In this document: piece by piece, positions 45,696-58,690 of the stretch
How the letters are laid out: each line of letters starts with the position of its first letter
Position numbering within the stretch: position 1 is the stretch's first letter
NCBI RefSeq assembly: GCF_018350175.1
Contig: NC_058373.1
Coordinates: forward strand, 43,834,001 to 43,898,000
DNA: 64,000 nt
Reading direction: 5' to 3'
Source: Felis catus
Taxonomy: Eukaryota
The notes under the pieces: model-generated
Database searches by the model: none
Told to the model about the DNA's origin: nothing
The model's input: the letters and a program-made list of their open reading frames with translations, nothing else
Made by a program: the position numbers and the translations under genes

Positions 45696-48600
45696 GATTC
45701 TGGACTGCAGTTTACAAAGAAATATGCTAAATTATTTATAATCCAGGATTATTGCAATACCAAAGATTTCCTTGCATAACATCCCAGCTCCGCTAAAATG
45801 GCACAAACAGAACAGCCATCGGCCACACCTTATCTCAGCTGCTCTCTGTGGTCCCTGCAAAGGGGCCCCGGAGCCAAGCGCCCTGACCATGGGAGCACAT
45901 GTTCTCCGAAGCATCAGCCTCCATGGCTCACATGCTCACATTTCTGCCGCTGGGGCCTCCGGGCAAGAGAAAAGCTGGGATGGTGTGGACAGGCAGCATC
46001 CTTCTTAAGAGCAAACATATCGTTTCTTAAAACGTGTACCCGCATTCTTCTGAGAGGAGCTGGGATGGCCAATTGTTAAAAAGCGGTATTAATGAGACAT
46101 TTTAGAAACATGCAGTCTTCTAGGCCCATGTCCACAATTAATTTTGAGAAAACTCATTGAGTTCCCAGTTTGCACGGATGTAAAGTCAGGAGTTTAGGAT
46201 AAAGGATCCTGAAAGTGCCTTCAGTTCTAACAGCAGGCAGCTTGAAACAAGTACTGACCTAATGCACAGATGCTTATGTGTCCAGCACAGATCATTGGAA
46301 AATAAGACGGTGACATCTGAGTTACTCATTGTGGGAAGATGGAGCCTGAGAATCCTAATCCCTGCCGTGAGTAGTGAACCTTCTAGAATCCATGTATATA
46401 TGTATAATACATTTCCCTCTATTTTCAAAATCGGGAAATTACTTGATGATGTGTTATAATCTCTTACCTTTTGTAAGTCATTCCCAGGTTTCAGAAGTAA
46501 TCTTCTTATACTTTTAAGGTATTTTTACATCCATTGCCATCCATCGGGGTTGTTACGATTCACATTTCCTGCAGCAGTGTATATTGGTTTCTGTGTGTGG
46601 GTTCCAGCTGGTATAAGTTTAAGTCTGCTAACGGACACAGGTGAAGGAGGCAAGACAGCACTGTGTGTTTTCCCGGCCTGCGTCTGCCGCCCTTAGACGT
46701 TTTAACTTGGGAGATCTGGTATCTCTGCCTGCAAGGGAGGCCAGATCTAAATTCCAGGGGGACGTGGTGCCTCTTGAGCATCCTCCCCACACAGAGGTGC
46801 TCCCATTTCAGCTCACCACGAGGCCTCAGACGCTTGTCTGGTGCAGCCGTCCCTCTCCCCAACTCGTGAGCTTTTGACTGTCTAGAACCTTGACTTTGGC
46901 TGTCTCCCAAATCCATGTGTGTCCCAGTACTCACTCGCAGGTCTGCGGGGCGGGGAAGCCTGTTCACTGGGCTTCTGGGAGGAAAATGAACTAGTAAGGG
47001 TCACATGCCTACGATGCCTGCTGGTCTGTGGGTATTCCAGAAAGGTTGATTCCTTTCCCTCCCGCCCTGCCTCGCTTTCACTCTCAGCACCAGTTTCCTC
47101 CTCTGCCAAAGGAGGCTGGACTAAGCAATCAGTCACTCAGCCAACAGTTAGGGACATCTCTCTCTACCAAGAACCGTGGAGCATGTGCTGGATGCACAGC
47201 CCCAGAGGACCTAGTTCCTGCTGCCAAGAAGATCGTAGCAAAGTGGGAAGTAGCCAGCTCCTTCCAGGGTGGTGGTGGGGCATACAGAGGATGCTCATGG
47301 GACCGTGCGTGGGAGGCAGACTTATTCCAAGGGCTGAGGCCTGGCAAGGAGGGGTCAGGAAAGGTACCTCTGAGGTAGCCCTCTTATTCTTAGCATCTCT
47401 TAGGTGTGATCATCTTCTGGGCTCCAGTGAGTATACGTTGACAATACACTGTCTTTCTTTCTGTGCTGAAGGTCCATTCCCTGCTGCCACCATCCCACTC
47501 CTCTGAGCGGAAGGGGTGTTAGGGGCTAGTCTGTCTGCCCCGGGACCCCCAGGGAAGGAGGCTTGTTGCCATCTCAGGAAAGACTTGCAAAGTGGCGGGC
47601 TCCCATCACACAGGGCACTGGCAGCTTTGGTCTTTGCTGCTGTCTAGAATTGACACACACCTGCCTAGAAGCTTAAAGGGGAAGAAAATCTCGAGGTGAG
47701 CCAGAAAAGCCCCCAGCGTTAGGAGCGCTGGAGGACAGGTGAGACAACAGCAACAAAACCCGAGAACACTTGCTCAGAGGAAGTGCTGTGAATCAAGCCA
47801 GTGAAACCATTGCATGACCGGGTGTGTGTATGAAGCCAGGGGAGAGAAAGCAGCTCCAGGGCGGGAGCCTGGTTGATGAGGTGAGGGTTGCAGAGCAAGA
47901 CAGGGACAGAGAGAGACCACCTTGGAGCTCCCCCCGTAAGCACGGCTGAGTTATCTAGGGATACCCTTTCTTGTCTGAGTAGGGCTGTGTTTTGGGATCC
48001 CTTCATTTTGAGTTCTCACTAGCCTTCTTTGTAGGTGGTCATGATGAGACTCCATGAAGTGTTAGGCCATATGAAGGAAGCTCCAAGGAGTCTGGCTGCT
48101 CTTGGGTGAGACCCAGTGTCATCTCTTGCTTATCACCGCAGCCAGGCACAGGTGAGGCCGTGGTGTGGCACTTGCGAGGGAACAGCTCCAAGCCTGCCTT
48201 AGTGCGTGAGAACAACCAGCCTTTCAAGCTAGCACTGTCTTGCACCAGAGAGAGTGAGCTATTTTTAAAAGCTCCTTCCCTACCTTCTGCCCATCCAAAT
48301 GCCAAATAACCACGCGCGTATAACCCTAAAGAAAGAAATAGATGGCCCCGAAGTCACATCAAAAGTGCCTGTAAAGATACTTTTTTCTACCTATTGTATA
48401 CTCGTGCTCCTTTGCCTTTTCCTTGTCTCTCTTTCTGCTCTTCTGCTCTTGTCTATAATATGTAGAGCACTTTGCTTTCCCGAACCTGGTTTTAATCCTG
48501 GCAAGGGTCTTCAATAATGCTGAGCCTTCTGAAATTCCTTTAAAACCGCAGTTTGGCTGCCTTTTATCATGAACCAGGCGTGCACCCTAGTGACAGCATG

Positions 48601-49675
48601 ATAGAGTAGGAACAAGAGAATGTCTTCACAACTGACCAAATAACTAGATCCCTTCAGGCCGTGAAGGGTTGCAAATCTGATATGCTTAACATCTCTGTTA
48701 AAAGATCATAGAGGCACTTGAAACCTTTTTACTAATTCCAGCTCGCTCTCACTCTCGCTCTCTCATTTTTTTCTCTCCTCTCAGCTCTGGCACAGGAAAG
48801 TACAGTGCTGACAAAGAAGCCAGCTTTCTTTTGACCTGTCTTGGTTTTTATTTGCTACAACCTGATGAAGAGCAGATCACTTCCAGGAGCAGTATAAACT
48901 ATTGAGGAAGGCAGTCTTGTGGTCCAGGAGCAGAAGGGAGATAGTCACAGATGATGTTGTTCTAGGAGGCTGTTAGGTTTAAATGTGGTGACCACAAGTC
49001 TCGTCTGGACTTTGGAAATGGTAGGGATTTTAGAGTTGTTAGTTGTCTTCCAAGTCTGTGCCACAAACACTTAGCAAGTCTGTGCCAAACCATTCCAGAA
49101 GGGACCCAGTTGTCTACGAAGAAGTCGTGGCCGTAAAACACATTCATTGCAAAACCTAGATGATGGCGTACTAATTTTAGTAATGGCTTAAGTCGTTCTT
49201 GAAGAGTTTTAATAAAGCCTTTCATCACCCATATAAATCGTTTATGCAGGAGAATTTGCTTTTTTCATTACTGTAGACCCACCTCAGGTGGAGATCAAAG
49301 CTGTCTATATTGACTAAGCAAATGAGTTGAAATGTTTTTCAGGAGGAATTGAAATCCATGGTTATAACTGGGTGGCCCTTGGCAGGCCGACTCTATAAGG
49401 AGTTTAACATAAGCAAGTGTAAGGAAAGGTTCCACAGGAACCACCCAGGCATGGAATTTGGTCCTTTCATGTGGGATATTCCTACACTCGGTTGTAGGCA
49501 AAACCGTTGCAGCGTAAAGCCTTTGAGACCTACTTATGCTTCAACCCTGGTGAGCTATGAGATGAGAGGGAGGAAAGTTACAGAGGGGTCCCAGCCTAGT
49601 CATGTAACTAGATCCTATATTAGAACCTTCTGGCTTTTTCTTTCTTTCCTCCATTTTCAGGGCCTCTCTACATCT

Positions 49676-49722
49676 TTTTTGTTTGTTTGTTTGTTGGTTG
49701 GTTGGTTGGTTGGTTTGTTTTA
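49676..49722 (+). repeat. Compound (GTTT)n(GGTT)n microsatellite
   Basis: 'gtttgtttgtttgttggttggttggttggttggtttg'. Confidence 0.9.
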
Positions 49723-50059
49723 ATGTCTCTATTATGGGTGTTTAGATGGTTTACCTTCTATCAAATCATGCTGTCTGATGTAGTTGGGGGAAATGCTGTC
49801 TCCGTACGTAACAAGTTCTTGTCTGCCTTTCCCTTTAAGGACCTTCTGCATACCAGATGGAATTCTTTTAAAGATGCCCTCTATTTGGGGAAGCTCTAGC
49901 AGGGAGTTGGGTTGAGATATAAACAAGACAAACAGGCAGTCATTTGCCTGGAAAAGTCAGAGTGTCCAGGAAATGAGGTGGCAGAGACACAAGAGGCAAG
50001 GCTGGGTCGAGTGCTGTGGGGATCACAGCCTGTGGAAGCCTCTGCCTGTGAGCCACGCT

Positions 50060-50230
50060 CTGTGCTCCGTGCTTTACATGTGCTTTCTCCTATAACACTC
50101 AGAACAACTCCATCAAGTAGGGGTCATTATCCATGTTTTGCAGATGAGGCAGTTGAGGCTTAAAGAGGATTATAAGTGCCTGAGTCACCTACTAGCCAAG
50201 TGGCAGAGCGGGACAGACACTACTTGCATT
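50060..50230 (-). mobile_element. MIR SINE
   Basis: 'gtgctttacatgtgc...cattatccatgttttgcagatgaggcagttgaggcttaaagagg...ctagccaagtggcagagcggg'. Confidence 0.85.
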
Positions 50231-50376
50231 GTCTTGCATTTCAAGCACAGACGATATTTTATCTCTTATTTCAGATGTGTGGGTAGGCAGGTAGACAAAT
50301 AGGTAGATGGATAGATGGATTTATTTATTTCTGAGGCAAAACTCATAGTGAAAACTACCAGCCATTGTAAGCCTCT

Positions 50377-50913
50377 TGCCTAGACTATCTATTATTATGT
50401 AACATGCTACCCCAAAACTTTGGAACTGAAGAATAAAACCATTTTATTCGATGTCACGTTTTTTGTGGGTTTGGGATCCAGGCAAAGCTCGGCAAGGCAA
50501 TTGTGCTGTTTTGCGTGACATCACATGGAGTCACTTGTTGGTTTTCACCTACAGCCGCGCTGGTCTGAAGGGTCTGTAATGGCCTCACTTGTGTGTTCAG
50601 TAGCTTGGCAGGGACAGCTGGAAATCTAGGGCTCATTTGGGCTCCCCTCCTTCATGTGTTCCTAAGTTATCTCCACATGGCCCTACCACAGAGTAGTTGG
50701 CTTACTACATGTCACTTTGGGGCTCCAAGAAAAGCTGGTGGAAGCCACCAATCTTCTTGAAGAATGAGCCCCAAACAGGCATAGCTTCATGTCTGCTCTA
50801 CCCTCCTGGTGAAAGCACCACAGGGTAGCCTAGATCCAAGGAGAGAAGAAATCAACCCCACTTCTGAATGGAGGGAATGCCAAAGAACTTGGAGCCATCC
50901 TTCATCTACCACA
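50377..50913 (-). mobile_element. MaLR solo LTR (MLT1 family)
   Basis: TG...CA termini; 'tatctattattatgtaacatgctaccccaaaactttgg...aaccattttattc...cacgttttttgtggg' start and 'ggagccatccttcatctaccaca' end typical of antisense MLT1F-H. Confidence 0.8.
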
Positions 50914-51629
50914 ATCCCGTATGTTCTTTGCATGGAATCAAGCGAAAGACTGCTTTTTAGGGGCCAGCTGTGCCAAAAGCCACATTCATTTGTGTCGCCT
51001 GCTACCTTCAGTGACTCCTGCCTTTGTCTCACCCTTCCTCTATGTCCCTAAAACCTGTGCTCAAGAAAGATGAGATACCTGTGACTCACATTCCCTTTGG
51101 GGGACCGTTTTCAATGTGAGCTCTATTTCTCATCGGGGCACAGAGGATTTTTTTCTTGTTAAAGGAATGTGTTGCTTCTCTATGTTTTGGAGAAATCAAG
51201 AAGGCAAGAGAGAATGGGTTTGGGCAGAGGGTCCTCGACAGTCTGTGAACTCCAGCTTATGCTACCTTGAGAGAGTGATTGCTTGAGTCCGCTCCTTCTG
51301 GTAAGGTGTGCACATGCTCCCTGTCTCTCTTTCTCTGTTTCTCTCTTCTTTCCTCCTGTGACTCTTCTACTCTCTCTCTCCATGCACACATGCTGATTTA
51401 TACTTCTAGGTTTGTTTATTTTCTTCAGTCGCCCCACCAGGATGACCACAAGTAGTCAAATATACAAAATCGTTGCACTTTTTTTTTTTCCTACCTAAGT
51501 GACATAAGGATCTAACCATTCCAAGAAAAGGGCAGATGACATTTTTCAGGGTTGCTGTCCCAATGAGGCATTTGTGAAAAGGGAAAAAAAAAGTTCTACA
51601 AAGGCTGTGAGAATTATATTCATGGGTCT

Positions 51630-51792
51630 NNNNNNNNNNNNNNNNNNNNNNNNNNNNNNNNNNNNNNNNNNNNNNNNNNNNNNNNNNNNNNNNNNNNNNN
51701 NNNNNNNNNNNNNNNNNNNNNNNNNNNNNNNNNNNNNNNNNNNNNNNNNNNNNNNNNNNNNNNNNNNNNNNNNNNNNNNNNNNNNNNNNNNN
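51630..51792. other. Assembly gap (163 N)
   Basis: Run of N. Confidence 1.
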
Positions 51793-52149
51793 CATCCAGT
51801 TGAAAAGCACCCCCAGCCTCCACTGCCACAATGCCTCTGATCTTGTGGCCACTGGAGCCTCTGACCACATGAGTCTGTTGATTTGTGGCTTCTCTGTTGT
51901 TTTAGCTCTTGGTGTTACCAGTGGGAGAAAGGCTCAAGTGAGGGAAGAATGCAGAAAGAGTAAACCAGTTATAACAAAGGACTGACTGCTGCCGGTCCAG
52001 TGGGCTATTATAATCCCCATATTTTGAATCCATGGTAGCTGTATCATTGCATCCCTCAGTTGCGTCATGGAACGGGCTTCCCAAGCACTGAATGTCCTTT
52101 CATATGCCCTTGCCTACTGCATTTTTCCCCTTCCTTACTTAGGTTCTAC

Positions 52150-53050
52150 TATGTTCTTTTATTTATTTTTTTGCAACAGCAAAATAATCTACATATTCTT
52201 TTCTGTTTATAAAAGTAATACAAACTCATTAGAGAATCTTTGAAAAACAGAGAAAAATAAGAGGATACAGATTGTGATAATGTCACTCATTGGCGGTCAT
52301 GTCCATCCATTCATTTCATCCATTCAACATTAATTTTTAGATACGTACCAGGAATACAGAAGTGCAGAAGGAACCAAAAAGGGCAAGATCCTTGGACTCA
52401 TAGACTTTAGTTTAATGGGGACCCCAATGCTAGAACAATAAAAAACATGACTTTGAGCAGCTGTATAGCATTCCATCGTTTGTATATATGTGGGGTTTGA
52501 TTAACACTGTCTTTTTCCATAATTTGTTTTATCAAGCCAAGCTAGAATTTATTACACTAATCACATACTATTAGATATTTGTATTATTTTCAGTGTTTTT
52601 TTTATTATAAATAAAGCTTCACTTCATATTCTGGTAAGTGAATCTTTGAAATTCTTTGGGACAAATTTCCTATAGGATGATCAAAAACTGAATATGTTTA
52701 AGACTCTGAATATATATTTCCGGTTCGTTTTCGAGAAACAGCCCCATTTGTACCACTTACCCAACCCCACCCTACCACCTCCGATGCTGGTCTTGCCATA
52801 CTCTTGCCAGCAATGAATACTAACTAGTCAAGCTGACTTTCACTTTAGTTCATACAGTCTTTCAAAGTGAAAACAGTGTGTTATGTTTTTTGCTTATAAA
52901 AGCACTAAATGCTTACTGTAAAAGCAGAACAAAAATAACAAACCAAATAAATCCAGGCTGGACATCTCAGAACAAAGGAGAAAAATGAGCACACTCCTAT
53001 TTACAGATAATCACAGATTACATTTAGGTATGTATCCTTTCTTCTGAGGT
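52150..53050 (-). mobile_element. Mosaic of old L1ME fragments with an L2 tail (about 52305-52420)
   Basis: 'ataaaagtaatacaaactcattagagaatctttgaaaaacagag', 'gctgtatagcattccatcgtttgtatat', 'cttgccatactcttgccagcaatg'; L2-like 'ccattcaacattaatttt...taccagg'. Confidence 0.55.
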
Positions 53051-53258
53051 TAAGTGCCATTTTAAGAGCAATTCCGTTCAGAAAAAAACGTGCTCTAGGG
53101 AAGACTCATACAACCAGCTAACCTGGATGCCATGCTTGGCTCTGTTACTACCTGGCTGAATTCTCCAAGTCTAACTATCCCTCCCTAGGCTTCAGTATCT
53201 TCATCTGTGAAATGAGAGGTTGGCGCACCAGATTTTTATTATGGTGTTTCTTTTAGGT

Positions 53259-53477
53259 CAGAGTTTCTCAACGTAAGCACTATCAACATTGAAGGCAGGA
53301 CAGTGCTTTGTTGTGGGAGTTGTCGTATGCATGGTAGGATATTTGGCAGCATCTCTGGCCTTTACCCACTAGCTGCCAATGGCCACTGTCACCCCCAGAT
53401 GTATCAATCAAAACTGTCACCAGGCATTGCCAAATGTACCCTGGGGGCCAAATTGCCCCCAGTTGAAAAGCACCACC
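53259..53477 (-). mobile_element. MER20 (hAT-Charlie MITE), full length
   Basis: 'cagagtttctcaacgtaagcactatcaacatt...gcagcatctctggcctttacccactag...ggcattgccaaatgtaccctgggggccaaattgcccccagttgaaaagc'. Confidence 0.92.
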
Positions 53478-54956
53478 TTAGGGCAAAACAAGCTACAATT
53501 CTGTGTCTAGTCAATTGTACTGGCTGCTGCAAAGCAAAACTTTGGGTGATACCCAGCATGCTTTGTGTTGGGGGGCAGAAGAGGTGGTAGGTGCAGGAAC
53601 AGCAGGGCTAATTGAGGAGGAAGCACCACCTGAGTACTGGCCTGGATAGCGTGCCGGGACGGTTCTGGAACACGTGCACATGAGGACAATGCTCTGAGCC
53701 ATACTTAAGTCTCAGGTGCCCATTCATGGTCAGTGGGTAGGAAAACAGATTTCTTTTGTGGTAGTTATATTGTGCGCCAGCAAGGTGATGAATTATTGAA
53801 TGGGTTCTTTTTTTATAAACATATTTATCATCTTTCTTTTTCACCAGTCCTGTGGTGAACAAGGGAAGACAGAAGCAGGCAAACATTTTGCAAAGAGCTT
53901 CAAATGTTGCCTCCCTTTGGTGAATGGCCCCCTGGTTTGAGGTGTTATTTCCTTCGCAAGTGGTCCCTCTGCCTCAAGGACACTTTTTAATGCAATTATT
54001 GTTCAGCCAAGGAGTCACCCTGTTTTCTAACACTTTCTCTTTCACTTGCTCCCTTTCTTATTTTAGTGGTGAAAGGAAGCCTAGGGGTTTATTAAAACAT
54101 GGGACGACTGTGGCAAAGTGGCCATTTTGTGTTTTGCAGTGTCTTTGAGCCTCAGCTTTAACGGCCAGCCTATCGTGGAAGTGGGGTCCCAGTTTTTTTA
54201 GTAATGGTGCTGAATTCTCCTGAATATTCAAATGATTATTTCATCCAGTGGTTGAGATGGGGGACTTCTGGAGGGTGGGATGTGTTGACTGCACCATTCT
54301 GGAGCAGTGATGGGCCAGTGATGGGGCTGCTCAGTGTGTTTGCCTGGGCCCCTGTCCTGGAAAGATCTCTCTCCGAGATGGCAGCCATGGTGGGTGTACC
54401 CAGGAAGAGTGCATTGTGGGAGGGCCCTGGAGCTCAGGGTCTCAGGGAGGAAGACAAGCAAGGACAGCTAAAAAAGCAGAGGCCAGACTGACAGTAATAA
54501 ACAGACCAAAGGTCTGAAGGTCATGGTGAAGTTAAGAGTCAGTAAGACTCATTGTAGGAAAGTGGAGTGCTGGCCATTGTTCTCACCTCTCTCCTAATTA
54601 ATGTTTATTCTTTTACATCATTGCTTTTCAAGAGGTGCTTTGAGGATCCCTTTTGGGGGAGCCAAGGAAGAGGCCTCAAGGTTAAAATGGGGGTTAGAAG
54701 GTGGTGGCTGAGGTGTTGATTGAGCGGGTGAATGGCAAAATGTGTATATTTTTATCTGCCTCCGTTTTCATTTATGGAAGGGAATCCTGTAATTAAGGGG
54801 GGGGGGAGTTAACCCCATTGGCAGAATTATTTTGTATTTTTGGTTTTCTCAAAGCAAAAATATATGAAATGTAATCTTTTGTTTCATCATTTTAATGTCT
54901 GTAGAAATCAGACCATTATTTATTTTATTTTATTTATACCTTCTCTCCTTTTACAG

Positions 54957-55030
54957 AGGCCTAGAGCTGGCCTACAACACATCCATAAACTAAAATAAAA
55001 ATAAAAATAAAAATAAATGGTAAAGTTAGG
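54957..55030 (+). other. Candidate terminal exon: strong acceptor followed by (AATAAA)4
   Basis: 'ccttctctccttttacAG' at 54955-54956; four perfect tandem AATAAA at 54994-55017. Confidence 0.3.
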
Positions 55031-55904
55031 TTGAATGAAATGAAGTTGTTGCAATTCAGTGGGTTTTAACCTACAGAAATGGCAACATCTCTAGCCTCAG
55101 GGAGATTGTTGTTTGGATCAGGACCAGTTCCAGGGAGGTGGGGGGTGTGGGAGAATGGAAATATATAGGTCTGTGGGCCCTCCCGGGTTGCCAGTATTTA
55201 AGCCTTAAATGTTCCTGGACACTGAAGAGTAACATGAGGTGTAATTGGTCAAAAGAAAGCATTTCAGTCTGGAAGGGAGGCAAATCTGCTTCTTATACTC
55301 TTATCTAAAAGAAATCCTGCGTGCAGGCCCTCTTAGGGGACCCATGGATGATGGCATAGATTTCTTTCTTCAAACGCGCTAACAGGGAATGCAGTCACAA
55401 ATTTCATAAATCTCCTTCTTATAGTGACTCAGAGGACAATGCCACAATCCTGATGATGTATATTTGTTTTTAAAGGAAGTAGTATTCTAAAATGACACAT
55501 TGGGGTGGAAGGGTTAGGTTTGCGTCCTATTTTACAAGTGGTGAAAAAGGAAATTATTTGTTTCTGCCAAATAACATTTCAAAACATTTCCTCTTAGTCT
55601 ATGAGGAATTTCCAGAGCCTGACCCTAAACCCCAATTCTATCAGGCTGTCAGAGAGAGATTTTACTGATCTCTTTTGTCTGCTGTCCACTGATGTTACTT
55701 CATATTGTCTTAAAGTGAGCCCTCACACTTTGGAGTCTGTAATCTAAATAATTGATCGTAGAAACTGAATGTCCTTTGTGGGAAAATGCTTCAAATTATA
55801 TAAATAGTGCATTTTATAAGATGATGAGGTTGCATCTAATTAGTTGCTTGGCATGTTGTCTTACTGACTTTTGAGAGTTGTTTGCTTTTGCTTCTCCAAA
55901 TAAC

Positions 55905-56170
55905 ACCAATAGCTAATATTTCTGAGTATTCGCTGTGCACCAACCTTTGTTCTAAGTGCTTCATATACATCATTTCACATACTCTTAATTAATCAGTAGT
56001 ACCATGAAGTAGGTACTGTAACTATTCTCATGTTACCAATGAACAAAGCAACAAACCAAGGTTCAGAAAAAGCTAAAAAGAAAACAAACAAACAAAACTT
56101 CCCTGACGCTACCTGGCTAACAAGTAGCAAAGTCAGGATTTAAACTCAGCACTGTGGACCCCGAGACCCT
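55905..56170 (-). mobile_element. MIR (MIRb-like)
   Basis: 'atagctaatatttctgagtattcgctgtgcaccaacctttgttctaagtgcttcatatac...gtagcaaagtcaggatttaaactcag'. Confidence 0.8.
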
Positions 56171-57614
56171 CGGGATCACCCTTGTTCTTGATGGTGGTAC
56201 ACTCCACAGCACAGGTGATTTATTCTTTGCTGCTGCTTAGTGTAGATGAAGCATGTGCTTCCAACACGTGGAAACAGCCTGATCTTGTCACACAGGTGCA
56301 TGGGCAGTAGAGGCACTACATAGCCAAGAGGTCCAAGGGCAACTGGACCTCAAAAATCTTGACTTCAAGAACTAGAGGGTCGTTAGAGGTGTTTGAATAC
56401 TGGCCTGAGACCTGTTTAAGCTGACTGGTGAGTGGCCGGGTTGGGACTGAAAGAGTAGGGAGGTACACAGTGGAGGTCTGGAGTTCTGGAATCCAAAGAG
56501 CTCAAATTAAGGAAACAAAGACTAAAGATTATAAGACAAAGCACCATTTCCAGATACCTACAGGGAGGACTGCATAATGAGAATTTTCTTTTAACAAGTC
56601 TGCTGCAGTTCCTTGGGGACCTTACCTCTGGACACAAGTTACTTCATCTGGAAAAATAGGCACAGTAGGTCACCATAGTAACATTGCTTCTGATAGCTGC
56701 TGCTTCTGTGGGGTCCAGAGTTTCAGACAGAGGTCTGAGCAGTGACAGGAAGCTGGGATCTAGTCATGTAGCTTAACAGAGTACTTGCAGAGGAACAGAG
56801 CTTTCTTCTAAGCACAGCCTTCCAGGGACCAGGACTGGCCTCAGAGAATGACTTCCACTCAACCACTGTAGGCCAAGCAGGTGAACCCACAAAGGAGCAA
56901 GGTAGTTTCATCACATCGTCAGTTTCTTCAGCTCCAATTTCCCTCCCTTCTCAGTTACACCAGCCACCAACAAAGCAACGCCGAATCCGCAGCTCTGGTT
57001 GTGTCCCAAGAGGGTGAGTGCCGGTGAGGAGAAGGTCACTCCGTCCTCTCCTTAACATTGGAAAATCTTATTCATTTAGGCTCCGTGCTCGATTCTTCAG
57101 CAGCCCAGATTTACTTCAGTAGTATCCATTTTTAAGGTTTGTGTACTATGGTGAGCCATTAGAAGTAGGCCATTTTACATGTTTAGTTTGCCTTGAATAG
57201 AAATGAACCCAAATCAGGTCTCATTAGAGCACTGCTGGTATGATTTAGGCAATTTTACCATTATCTGCAAAGAAAAGAAATGGTGGGTACATTCAGATGT
57301 AATTCCGTAGCATAAAAGTGAAATCTCCCTTTTAGTTGCTTTGACTGCTGGATTTTAGTTGTTGGGTTTACTTGAGCTTTCAAGGAATGAGCACAAGTGA
57401 GTATGATCTCTAATTGTTAAGTTTTTAGACTTTGGAGGGGATTCATTCATTTTAGGCTGAACATTGGTGTTTTCAATTAAAAATGCTTGGTTATTTCTCA
57501 AATTGAGAAAAGACAGTAGCATTTGGATAGTGAAAAAAATGTGTACTGAATTCTACTCTGGGCCAAGGTGAACGAGATGGAAGACAGAGGAGGCTGCTTT
57601 GAAACAAAGTCCCC

Positions 57615-57853
57615 AGGGCTCTTGGGTGGCTCAGTCGGTTAAGTGTCTGACTTCGGTTCAGGTCATGATCTCACAGTTTGTGAGTTCGAGTCCCATGTGA
57701 GGCTCGGTGCTGACAGCTCGGAGCCTGGAGCCTCCTTCAGATTCTGTGTCTCCCTCTTTCTCTTCCCCTTCCCGACTCGCTTTAGAGCACGTGTGTGCTC
57801 TCTCTCTCAAAGATAAATAAACATTAAAAAAAACTCTTAAAAACACAAAAAAA
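57615..57853 (+). mobile_element. Can-SINE (felid type, intermediate age)
   Basis: 'gggtggctcagtcggttaagtgtctgacttcggttcaggtcatgatctcac...gagcctggagcct', A-rich tail, short TSD aaagtccc. Confidence 0.95.
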
Positions 57854-57884
57854 AGTCCCGGGGGCTAAAGTCACCAAGAAGTCC

Positions 57885-58690
57885 AATCATGTGTTTTCAT
57901 TTTTCTTGGGTATATACCTGCAAGTGGAATTACTGAGTTATATGGTAATTTATGTTTAACATTTTCATAAACTGCCCTATTGTTTTCCAAGGTGGCTATA
58001 ACATGTTACACTCTTGCCAGCAACGTATGAGGGTTTCACCTTCTTCACATCCTCTCTGGCACTTGTTACTATCTGTTATTTTTATTTTAGTCATTCCTTA
58101 TGGATGTGAGATGGGAACTTATTGTGGTTTTGATTTACATAATCAGTAATGATGTTGAGTATCTTTTCATACGCATTTTGGCCTTTTCTACATCTTCTTT
58201 GGAGAAAAGTCTCTTTAAATCCTTTACCCATGTTTTAACTGGGTTGTTTGTCTTTTTATTAAAGAGCTGTAAGAGTTTTTTCTTATAGACTGGAAATAAA
58301 TCCCTTATCTGATATGTGACTTGTCAGGATATTCTCCTGTTCTCTGGGTTGTCTTTTCACTTTCTTGATTGTGCCCTTTAAAGCACAGATATTTTTAATT
58401 TTGTAGGAGTCTAATTTATATTTTTTGTTGGCCACTTATGCTTTTGGTGTCAAATCTAAGAAACCAGCGCCTTTTCCAAAGTCACAAAAAGTCATCCTTT
58501 GTTTTCTTCTAAGGGTTTTATAGTTTTTAGCTTTTACGTTTAGGTCTGTGATTCATTTTAATTCTTGTGTGCCATGTGAGGTAAGGGTCCAGTTTAAATC
58601 TTTTGCATGTAGACTCACAGTTGTGACTGAACCCTTTGTTCAAAGGCTCTTCCTTGTCCATTGAATTGGCTTGTAATCCTTGTCTAAATC
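57885..58690 (-). mobile_element. L1M (L1MB/L1M4-like) ORF2 3' region, degraded
   Basis: 'tcttgggtatatacctgcaagtggaattactgagttatatggtaa...gttttccaaggtggct...gatgttgagtatcttttcat...tctttggagaaaagtctctttaaatcctttacccat'. Confidence 0.92.

Noticed and set aside
46919-47506. Longest ORF in the track (195 aa, + strand)
   Set aside because: No recognisable domain, Ser/Gly/Trp/Cys-rich composition typical of random GC-rich frames, overlapping ORFs in other frames, no convincing exon boundaries.
20164-51792. Two gaps of identical length (163 N)
   Set aside because: Flanks are unrelated; most likely scaffolder size estimates, not a biological repeat.
20093-51870. ORFs containing X runs (at 20.1, 45.2 and 51.4-51.9 kb)
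   Set aside because: Artefacts of translating through N-gaps.
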